A DNA stretch of 64,000 bases, from NCBI GenBank assembly GCA_965153285.1, contig OZ229113.1. One strand, written 5' to 3'. The notes below the pieces were generated by a model. The model ran no database searches. It was given only the letters and a program-made list of their open reading frames with translations, and had not been told where the DNA came from. Below are positions 38,118-48,894 of this stretch, one piece after another. Source of the stretch: Podarcis tiliguerta. Taxonomy: Eukaryota. The position numbers and the translations under genes are program-made. Position 1 is the stretch's first letter; each line of letters opens with the position of its first letter.

Positions 38118-38454
38118 CAGACCCTTCAATGTCCCTATTTTCCAGGGATGTCTCTGATTTAGAGAAACTGTCCCAGTTTCTGATTGGATCTCGGAATGTC
38201 CCACTTTTCCTTAGGATGTCCCTATTTTCACTGTAGAAATGTTGGAGGGTATGGCGTTATCCAACCCCTGAGCTGTCTGAAGGCAATCCTGCATAGGGAA
38301 GGGTTTTTTTAAAAAATATATAATGTTTTATTGTGTTTTTAACACATTGGAAGTGGCTGGGGCAATCCAGTAAGATGTGTGGCGTATAAATAGTAAAATT
38401 ACCATTATGGAATGGGATGTCCCTATTTTCAATGGAGAAATGTTGGAGGGTATG
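38118..38454. mobile_element. hAT (Tip100-like) non-autonomous element with duplicated right end, inserted in an old Squam3/MIR-like SINE
   Basis: Termini CAGACCCTTCAA / TTGGAGGGTATG; repeated TGTCCC subterminal motifs; the flanks (GACCTTGCACAAGTTCAC | CTCAGCCTAAGCAATCTCATAGG) join into a SINE body. Confidence 0.7.
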
Positions 38455-39886
38455 TTTCACTCAGCCTAAGCAATCTCATAGGATCGCTGTGGATATAAAA
38501 TTGAGAAAATCCTTACATGCTGCCTTGAATTATTTTGAGGAAGGATGGAAACATGATAACACAGCAGAAGGCATCCGTCACTGTTAGGAAGGACATGGTC
38601 CATTTAGGGGACCATCCCTGACCTCAGCAACCTGACCTACAAAACCAAAGGACATTCCTCATTGAGGCCTCTGTGCCTCCCTTTCCAAGTCAATGTCTAG
38701 ATAGCTGCTTAAGATGGTGTAAATAAACTATCCACACTTATTTTTGTAGTACAAAAGTACCAAAAATTCATGTATCTGTACACCAGTATGTGAGAACAGC
38801 CATGGCAGTTTAACCAGCCATCTGGTATAGCTGTGACACCAGAATGCTTCTGATAATCTTTGTTTGTTTGTTTGTTTGTAACACTAAGCCAAAATTATTC
38901 AGCAATTTTCACCCCAAGATAATTTCAGGAGTTTTTGTTTTTCTACACCTCAGGGGGAAAGAAGCTACTTTGTAGAATTTTTTCCTGAATATTCTCCACT
39001 ATTTTGGGGTGGTGGCCACCATTCTTCACCTGCCTCCAACAATGGCACTAAAATGACACTAGGTCCAGGGCATTGTACAAAATGGCCGCTAGACAGTCAG
39101 TACATTTAGTCCTGCTGTCACTTGCAGCGACAGCAAAACAAACAAAGAAAGAACAATTTAGGGAAGAAAGATTTAAAAAACAAACAAACTTTGCGCTGCT
39201 TCCAAACTAAGAAAGTCCTGGATAATTTTTTCTTTTATTGGGGAAGTGTAGTGAAACCCAATTTCTCTGCCGGTAAGTAAGGTGGAGAATTTCAAGAGAC
39301 TATTTGCACACTGATCTGGATATATGAAATGGGAGTAATAAAAACACTGCATGCAGTTGACATAATTTCAGAAATAACTATGTGAATTAAGAGGTTCTCT
39401 GTGTTCCCATGTAAAAAGGCATAACTCCATGTTCTGCTCCTGTTAATAATGTTTTGGTTTCCTTCTGACAATTTCCATGTTTCACCAAGGTGCCTTAATT
39501 GATCAGTACTTCATTCAGTGTGTCATCAGATACCAAATACAATGCTTACATCCATGATGTAATCATACATATTATATATATAGAGAGAGAGAGAGTCTTT
39601 CCTTTAATCAGGCTTTACCAACTCATGCCCACCAGATGTTCTGTACTGTAATCCCAATCTGATAGAAGCTGTAGTCCTGTAGTCCTAAACATCTGGAAGG
39701 CACCAGGTTAGTGAAAGCAGCCGTAAACACAGTGCCAACTCTGTACATAGCACTATTATTCCAGACCAGTAATAAACTAATATCCCCAATTCTGTAGCTA
39801 TAAAAACAGCTGCATCCTAAAAGGAGAGAGAGCCCATGATAAGCTTCCAGCTACAAGTGCTGAGAGTCAAACTTACAAAGATTTAC

Positions 39887-40055
39887 CTTGTTGCAGCCTA
39901 TTATCACATCGAGCTTTGCTTGTTATAATGGTGGCTGCTGAATTACAGCCAATGGATGGGGTGAATAACATTAAAGCACTCCAGTGTGTGTCAGCTCCAG
40001 CTTCTCTCAATGCAAAGAGCTCCCTGATTGAGGGAATAAATGTGTGGCTTGTCAG
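39887..40055 (-). other. Candidate 169-nt exon (alternative donor at 39877) on the minus strand
   Basis: Acceptor cctgctgttctcttctgccag|C; donors CAAG|gtaaat and CTTT|gtaagt; non-repetitive sequence; one frame open but no protein recognised. Confidence 0.3.
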
Positions 40056-40672
40056 CTGGCAGAAGAGAACAGCAGGTGGGCAACCCAAATGTGCTGTTTG
40101 TCTAACTGAGAGGGACACAGTCTCAATACAGCTTCCCTACTCACCAACAAAGATGCATCACACAGGCTGCACTCTTAGCATCAGAAGAAATGAAAATGGG
40201 CATTTTACACCGTGGCCCTTGAATTCCATGCTTTAAAAAGTCTGAAAAGGACTAGTGTGTGCCACATCACATGAGTCTCATTCAAATGCTACACTGAACA
40301 GGTGTGCAATCAGTGTACAGATTGCATTTGTTTGTTTACTTCCACACATGGTGGACGATTCTCATGTGTTCATCAAGTCCTTGAGTGGTATTCCAGTCAG
40401 TAGGATAGTAGAGAGGAGACAAGAGAAAGGCACTCAGAAAATGCTTAATATAAACATTGCTTAGATCTTCTGGGGAATTTTTTTACTCATGGCACTATAT
40501 CCTGCAGAATATCATAGGGCAGCGACCCACAAATAGGAATTTCTTGCCCCTGCACTCCAGAATGTCCTTGCCTCTCTCAAACATGAAGCATTATCTATCA
40601 CTTCCTTCAGAAAAATCATGTGCAAATATATCCTTTTGTCCAGGCTTTTCCCAACGCATAAGGCTGCAGCCA

Positions 40673-41036
40673 GGGACGCGGGTGGCGCTGTGGGTTAAAG
40701 CCTCAGTGCCTAGGGCTTGCCGATCAAAAGGTCGGCGGTTCGAATCCCAGCGGCGGGGTGCGCTCCCGCTGTTCGGTCTCAGCGCCTGCCAACCTAGCAG
40801 TTCGAAAGCACTCTCGGGTGCAAGTAGATAAATAGGGACCGCTTACTAGCGGGAAGGTAAACGGCGTTTCCGTGTGCGGCTCTGGCTCGCCAGAGCAGCG
40901 ATGTCACACTGGCCACATGACCCGGAAGTGTCTTCGGACAGCGCTGGCCCTTGGCCTCTTTGAGTGAGATGGGTGCACAACCCTAGAGTCTGTCAAGACT
41001 GGCCCGTACGGGCAGGGGTACCTTTACCTTTACCTT
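40673..41036 (+). mobile_element. Full-length young Sauria (Squam1) SINE
   Basis: GGGACGCGGGTGGCGCTGTGG head, B box, (ACCTTT)3 tail, CpG-rich; perfect TSD TAAGGCTGCAGCCA (40659-40672, 41037-41050). Confidence 0.97.
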
Positions 41037-42469
41037 TAAGGCTGCAGCCAGTTATTACTAGATTCCTGCTTTTATCTGGTTTTATAGTACTATTTTGCTG
41101 ATTTCTATTAGCCTAACTCTGGTTTTATTATACTGCTTTATTGTTTTTAATGTTGCATATTTGGATATTTTTTAAATATTACATGGTTTAGAAATGCTTT
41201 TAAATAGATAGATACATAAATAAAATACTTCCTTTGGAAGAAGCGCCAGTCTGTGGGTAGGAATGTACTGCTTCATAAGTGGGATCTCTGTATCTCATTT
41301 ACCCTTTTCCCTTCTCCATTAAGAACTATGAATGTCAACCGGGTTTTACAAACATGCAGGACAACTCGGAAGAAGTTGTGTAATGCCTACTGTAACAAAT
41401 ATGCACATTATTTATCTAAGAGGAGAACAGGGGAAGCCACACTTTGATTTTACTCCAGAATAAGTGATTTGAAACCAGCAAGCTCCCTTACACTAATTCA
41501 TCCAGCACCTCCAAGCATAAATAGCAGGGGTCCTTATCAATAGCACAAATGTGTCCGCTGGCAGCAGCAGAATATGTAAATGTACACCAAGCCTTTGTGT
41601 GTCGGAGATGTTAGCAGTGAACCATTGCAGGAATTGATTTTTTCCCCCTTCCATTCTCTGTTTCCTACAAGTACCTTCCCGAAAGTGCATTTGCTTTCCT
41701 TGTGGTTGCTAAGGCTTAGGATTTCCGCCACCATCCCCATTTGGGACTCCTGAAACACCAGCCTGTAATAGACCCCACTGCCTGCTTTTTTCTGAATGAC
41801 TGCATCGTAAAACCAGCAGTTTCCGGAGGTCCCTTGCGTGAAAGGCATTAAAATTGCAGCATTTCCTTGCTTTCTGACTGGGGTTTTCACCTCCCTTCCC
41901 TTCTTTTACTGGACATGCTGGACGTTTTATGACAATCTCTTGCTTCTCACATTTGAGTGCAGAAGCAAACTGTATGTGCACCAAAAGCAAAAATGAGTTG
42001 AGCAGCACCTTACGAGGAACAGAAGGAAATGTAGGAAAAAATTACAATATGGTTTCTCATGCCTGCCAATCTTTCAGAGTTTTGTTCATTTTTTATTTAT
42101 TTTTTTACATATGATAACCCACCCACCTCCCCACCCTGGCTTACATTGGCTCCGGGAACAAAAAAGGTTAAGGAAGATTTGCAGATTTCCCCTTCCTCCT
42201 GTGTCCTTTCCTAGCTGTACTAGAGGGTACTCCATCCTCTAGGTGCTTGGATGACTACAAGAGGAAGGATGAGTCAAGACTCAAGGGTGCCCTCCTGACA
42301 GAACTCATGATCTAACCCATATTTTATGATGTGCTTTAACATCATTTTATTTCATCTGTCATTCTCATGATAGGCAATGAATCAGAATACTTGAAGAATT
42401 GTTGTGTACCGTTAATAGTAAATAGTTCATCTAATTCTATGAACGGCACGAAACTATTCTTCCTATGAG

Positions 42470-42966
42470 TTAGGGAGCTGCATGAAAAGACAGGAAACAG
42501 TGGATTGAGTGGATGAGACCAATAGGGAGTCCACCTGTCAAGAAGGTTGTTTCTGCATGTGCTGTAGGGGGAAGTGAGGGGTGGATGGGGATCATCAACC
42601 TGGGAAGGGAGCCCATCAAGCAGGATGAAAACTCAGATCCTAAACTTTTGCTGCCTTGCGGGACATCTTTGGGAGAAGAAAAGGCTAAGGAGTAAGCCCT
42701 GCACAAATCCAGAGTGGAGTCCCAAAGAAGGTTGGATGTTGCCTTGTATGGCTACTTCTGGCAACCCCTGCAGCCAAAGCTGGTGCCGAAGGTATTGCTC
42801 TACTTTCCTTTGGACCACATCAATGAGGCCGAGAGGGGGGTCTTGATCTGGGCAGTCCAGGACCCCCATACACAATGCCCAGGCTTGAACACTATGGAAG
42901 GTCACTTCAGGGACCTCTGGAGGCACACTCCATTCTCTCGTGAGACAGGTGGGTGCCAACAACAAC
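42470..42966 (+). mobile_element. Internally deleted RTE-derived element (5'UTR-like body plus RTE 3' end)
   Basis: 3' end AGGCACACTCCATTCTCTCGTGAGACAGGTGGGTGCCAAC(AAC)n aligns with the 3' end of the RTE at 16300-16350; no RT ORF; 5' boundary approximate. Confidence 0.65.
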
Positions 42967-43924
42967 ACAAATGCATCTTGTTCACCTCATTTCTATAACA
43001 TCTAAGGATCAAAGCGGATATGATGCAAGAGGTCTCAGGTTAGGATACTTAGGATCTCCTGCCTTTTACATCATTAACAGTGATCCAGAATTGGTTTGGG
43101 TCCATGACACAGATCTCATTTCCCTCTGTGCCAATTTCCTAATTGGGATCGGGCTGTCTTTACCTTGGAAAAGCAGCCTACAGGCTTTACATTCTCATAA
43201 GGATAAAGGCTATGATGGAAAGTCTATGGTAAACTAGTCTTCATTATTTTCCCTTAAGCCCTGCACAGCACCGTTCTCAAGAAAAGCAATATGGGTTCTT
43301 CCTGAACTCTCCCAATTTTGTAGAAAACAGAAATATATCTGTTCTTTTAAGCTATGAGGCTTTTGTGTTCTGGATAGACTGAATAAAATTACAAGCAGAG
43401 AGAAAGAGAAGGACACTGGGGAAGTGGAAGTAAGGAAGGGAAGGTTGACCAAGGCTAGAGGAATCCAGCCAAGGTCCTGTGAAGCATTGCTAATTCTGAA
43501 CAATGTGATGCCTCTGAGGAGAACTCTTAAAGATTATTTTACCCAAAGAGAGGGATTGCCTTGAACAAAATGAGAAGGCTGCTCGAGGGTACTTCAGGGT
43601 TCCCATCACAGGAACACAAATGAAAAGCAAAAGGCAGGTTCCATGTGAGTAGAGAGTAGAGAAGCCTCCAGCAGTGGAGCTTTCTGAGTTACTACTGGAG
43701 TTCTGTGTGCAAATAGGGTGTGGGTTTCCTAATTTTGGAAGTATGACTGAGGTAGGTTGACATTCAAATGCAAACCAAATCAAATGTCTCCCCCAGTCTT
43801 CCTATAGGACATACTCAGAATGATAGTGAGGTGGTGAACCTCAGTACCAGCTTTTCTCCTGTGCCTATAAATGATCTTCAGTTAGGGATTAGTAGAGGGG
43901 GGGCACCTTTGTTGATGGTACTAG

Positions 43925-44087
43925 TCAGCCATGAAGCTCACTGCGTGATCTCTGGACTTGTGGTTGTCTTTCAGCCTAACTTACCTCACAGGGTTGTTGT
44001 GAGGATAAAATAGGGAGGGGTCAACTATGTACACTGCCTTGAGTTCATTGTAGGATAAGGCAGTAGCTAAATATAATAAATAAATAA
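43925..44087 (+). mobile_element. Squam3/MIR-related SINE, partial
   Basis: CAGCCATGAAGCTCACTG...CAGCCTAACTTACCTCACAGGGTTGTTGTGAGGATAAAAT body; (TAAA)n tail. Confidence 0.75.
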
Positions 44088-47000
44088 GCTGAGAAAATGG
44101 CAAAGAGTAAAATGATTCACGCCTCTCCATCCTATGGGTTCATTTTGCACGGCCTTCCATAATTTTATGAAACATTCTGAATATTCAAATCATGCATCTC
44201 CCACATCATGTCTAGTTGCAACCCTACAATACCTAATGTGTCTTTGGATATCACTGCACTGCACATTTCAATGCTCTTGCAATCTGCAATTTCTGGGCAT
44301 CAAGGGGGTTCTCAGTTCAGTAGATAAGGTTGGTGGGGGGGGATAACAACACTTGGCATCATGTAACCTATTTTCTTTGACTGGATGTTGCAAAGGAGAA
44401 CGAGGGGAGATAATACGATTTAGGGCTGTTCTTTTCTGCAGCTTCTATAATGTCTAGTTTCACCCTCACTGCTAGAAAAGGAGCAGTCGAGATTTCTTCA
44501 TTTGGCCATGCCAAATGCTTTAGTGATGGTGCAAGCACAGCTGTAATTCAGTCCCCAGATAATTGCTCTTTTTTCCCTCCAATCACTAGTGTTAGTTGTG
44601 GCTTTAGTGACACAAACGCTTTCCCCTTTGGGGCTTTGATGTAGGCCACCAACTCATTTCTAGTAGGCCAAAGAGCATCAAACAACCATCAGATAGCAGC
44701 AACTTTTCATTGCTGTCAGTCTAGTCTTGATCTGAACCAATGACTTGAAAATGAACAACCCCATGTCCAATTACCAGTGTCCTAGGCAACGCATCTGTGT
44801 CATGCAGATAAAATCAGTTACCGTTTGTATGTTCAGACTTCAAGATAAAACTGGCGAGCCCAAGGGACAGACTGAGAAAATGAAGAGGAAGTTCATTCTG
44901 ACTCTATCTTGTTTTATCCCCTCATTCTGTGATATCATCTAATAGTACTTTTCAAGGCAGGTGTCCAGGGTTTTTCCACCCACCTCCCCCCGCTTTCTCT
45001 GTTGCAATGTGAATGCTTTACACATCTTCTGGGTGCCATTGGAAAAGAACAAATACTAGGAAGATGCAGTGAAGGGGATGAAATCTTTAGAGGGGGGGGA
45101 ATTAAAGCATCAAAAACATTCTTCCTTCGTTAACAGGGGAACTGAATTCATATGGAGAGGCTCTATCTGAATTCCCAACAAATCAATCTCTTGAAGGTAG
45201 CGGTCTAAGGCTAAAAAAGTTTTACAGAACAGTGAAAAGCCTTAGAGCGCAAATCTATATAGGATCCTGTGATGTACATCAATTGAAAAGGGGACTAGAT
45301 CAGCCAGAGGCAAGGGGAACTGCTCTGAAGAAAACACACCATTTTAGAAACAGATGCACCACAAACGTAAGCCAGTAGAATCCGGTGGCATACACTTAAA
45401 CCAGTATGTTTTGTTATCATTGCTATCACTCTCCTTTTTTTCATTAAAAAAGGAGACACAGTCACATGGGAGCTCAGATGCTTTAAATCCTGGCAGCCTA
45501 ATTGGAAAGCCTTTAGAAAACACATAATTAAGGTCACTGGGTTGCAGCTTAATCACAGCACTTTGTATGCTCAGTGTGGGTTACAATGTTACATAAAAAG
45601 AATATTTTTTAAAAAATGAGAAAAAGGAGAGGCGACCTGTTAGAGTAAAGAAAGGAGTGTGAATTCTCTATTAAATTACAAATTGCCTAAACATTCCGCT
45701 AAGGGAATCTGAATGACAGCATCTTTTAAAGCCCATGCAAATTTCCTTGAGGTGCAATAATAGATGTTCTCTGAGGATGAAAGACTACTTAAAAGAAACA
45801 TCATTCCAGTGCTGATAACAGGGTTGAATAGTTCATTGCTTTGAGAAATAAGTTGCATCTCCTCAGTCTCCCAGAAGGACCCAGCTTGGAGAAATGATAA
45901 GTGAAGAAGGAAATTCTCTTGAGCTCCACTGAATTATGGAATTTGAACTTTTCAGGCTCTTAGCCTGCTAACAATATAAGATCACTTGCTATTCTGTTGT
46001 GGCTTTCAGTTTCCAACACCCTTTCTCCTTTGCATTTTCTTTTTCTCTGGCCACCACACATTACATATTTCTATCTCATCCTGTTCCCCAGATAAATTCC
46101 CCCATCATTTCTCTTCCCCCACCCTTTTGGCTCCAGCACACTGTATTCATCTCCAGAATGGCAGAAGCACTCCCATATCCAAAAAATAAAACTTTCACTT
46201 TCACCCAAAGTGAAAGTTTGGAACATGCCTAGCAGTTAGCTCAACAAGAGGAAGAACTGGACTGTGGGTAAAGAGAAAAAAGCAAGTTTATGGAGCTTAA
46301 TGAAATCCAACAAACACATATTTGAAGTTTTAAAGAACTTTAGGGGAACAATGTAGATGCTATGGAGTTTGCATGTAAATCAATTGTTATTTTTAGAATA
46401 AAGCTGCAAAACAGAACCCAGACTGAAAGCACCATATCAACAATATTGCATAAGAGGCTGAATTTAGATGATCAAAATTGTTCAGATGTCATTAGCAGAC
46501 TTTTAGATAATGGGGTGATAAAAAGCTAAATGGATTGCTCCAACATCCAGAGTCAGATTTCATATCCATTTGCACTCAGTTCCTCATTCTGAATTTAAAA
46601 AGATTTCTCTGTCTACAGCATTTGTAGAGCAAAAACATCCCTTTTCATTGCCAGCAACTCTAGCCTTACATTTATCCTTCTCTCCAAATCCCAAATGACC
46701 CTGACAGTTGCAGCCAAAGACTCTTGCTCTGCAGACTTTTCTGAGAATGTCATGGCCTTGGGATCACTTCACACACTACTTGAGTCCAAGAGGGCAGGAG
46801 CTACCAGCAGGAACTCAAATGAATCCTTGATACATTCCTCTTATTTGTGTGGTACAGACACCAGACTGATGCAGAATTCTGCTGTGAAGAGATCACACAT
46901 ACAGAAAGTGTATTTTATATTCACACACACGTATGCATGTTTTGTGTGTGTCATCCACACCCATATTATCCAAGGAAGCAGTCTAATCCGGAATAATATT

Positions 47001-47350
47001 ACAAAAACATTGGGACTATGTCTAGTGGTTGCTCTTGTTCCTGCCACCACTGCCGCCATATGTCCTCTTTTTCCAGGACTCGTCCTCTTTTTCATGGGTA
47101 GAGTTGTCATAACAATCTGTAGTTAAAAGTTGAAGATGGCAAATGTGTCCTCTTTTTTGCTCTTCAGAATATGGCAACCCTACAAGGGACTGAACATTGC
47201 AGACTTCCTGGAAAGGTAGGGTATTTCCCCTTCCTATTTACAAATAAAACCTGTGCAGTCAAAAGTAAGCACTACTGATTTATATGGTGGTAATTCCCAG
47301 AAAACCATATGTAGGCACTGCTACTAAAGTTTTGATTTGTTGTATTTTAT

Positions 47351-47790
47351 TGTAATAGTCGTACGCCACTCTGGAAACCTTTCTGGTAAAGGGCAGCTTA
47401 GGCTATGAATACTAATACGTAGTCTCACAGTCTGGTTCACAAGTGGTAGAAGTCCTTGCTGAGGATGTCGGGACCAGGGGCAAGATGGTGGGGTGGGAGC
47501 AGGAATGGGGGTCCAGAAGCCAGGAGTCAGGAAGCCAAGAGTCCGAGGATCAAGAAGCAGGGAGTCAAGAAGCCAAGGTTCAAGGATCAATAAGAAACCA
47601 AACACAGCAAGGCAGGGAGCGTGTTGCTGTGGCAAAGAGCCGAAGGGAAAAGCTGGCCTTATAACCCTTCCCAGCTCTTGCCACCAGGTGCTGTGAGTTA
47701 CCAAATGGCCTCACCTGAACAAACTTAGGAAAACTCCAGTCCTGCAAAGTCCTATTGGTCACAGGGCCTGGCTCCTGCAAGCACACCTGC
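47351..47790 (-). mobile_element. Probable LTR fragment (Gypsy-like), reverse orientation
   Basis: TGTAA terminus at the low end; degenerate short tandem repeats (CCAGGAGTCAGGAAG-like, 47510-47590); TTATAA near 47659; other boundary unclear. Confidence 0.5.
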
Positions 47791-48536
47791 CACTTAGTAC
47801 TTGCAAAGTACCAATACTGCTAATAATGATGCTTTTCACTATACCACTAGGGGTGTGTAGGAAATCTATAACCCAAATATATTCCCTTGTGAATAGACAA
47901 AAGGTGTGGAAAACTATCAGGATTCCAACAGGCCTATAAAATTCAGGTGCTCTAGTGAGAGTCCATTTACATAATATTAACAAATAGTGAATCTCCTGTT
48001 TTTCATTGATTTGGCAGGTCTCTTTGTCAAAAACTCAGTATCTCTGATGATCACTATATTCTGTAGCAAAGAGCTTCAAATATAATTCAGGTACTATGGA
48101 TTGTATCTAGGTCATACACAGAATGGGCCCACTAGAACCAATTGGCTACCTTTTTTGACATCAATAGGTCGTCTCTGAGTATAACTTAGTCACATACCAC
48201 TCTATTGGTTTTATCTAAACTAAAACTATTCTGGTATTAATTTTCTGGAGTACTTGCCGATTTTAGTATCCAATGGAACAGTAAGTCAATTCAATTATAG
48301 AATCTTATACTTCTTTATTATGACACTGTGCTATCTCTTCCTAAATTGAAGAGAATTAATATTATTAACCTCTTCTCATTCTAAAGATGTTCCATACTCC
48401 CTTTATCAATTTTGGTGCCCTCAATGTTAATGGGAGGTTTCCCAGTCATAAGTGGATACTACACAGCTTTTTGTGGAATTTTCAATGTTTTAAGCTGATT
48501 TGGATAAAAAAAAGGATGCAAAGAACTCCTGTTTTT

Positions 48537-48894
48537 GTGTTGTTTAGTCGTGTCCGACTCTTTGTGACCCCATGGACCAGAGCACGCCAGGCACTTCTGT
48601 GTTCCACTGCCTCCTGCAGTTTGATCAAACTCATGCTGGTAGCTTCGAGAACACTGTCCAACCATCTCAGCCTCTGTTGTCCCCTTCTCCTTGTGCCCTC
48701 CATCTTTCCCAACATCAGGGTCTTTTCCAGGGAGTCTTCTCTTCTCATGAGGTGGCCAAAGTACTGGAGCCTCAGCTTCAGGATCTGTCCTTCCAGTGAG
48801 CACTCAGGGCTGATTTTCTTAAGAATGGATAGGTTTGATCTTCTTGCAGTCCATGGGACTCTCAAGAGTCTCCTCCAGCACCATAATTCAAAAG
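48537..48894 (-). mobile_element. Bov-B (RTE) LINE, 5'-truncated 3' end
   Basis: Open frame FELWCWRRLLRVPWTARRSNLSILK...GVTKSRTRLN; 10-bp TSD TCCTGTTTTT (48527-48536, 48895-48904). Confidence 0.97.

Noticed and set aside
47443-47696. SQE/SR-repeat ORFs
   Set aside because: Arise from short tandem repeats inside a probable LTR.
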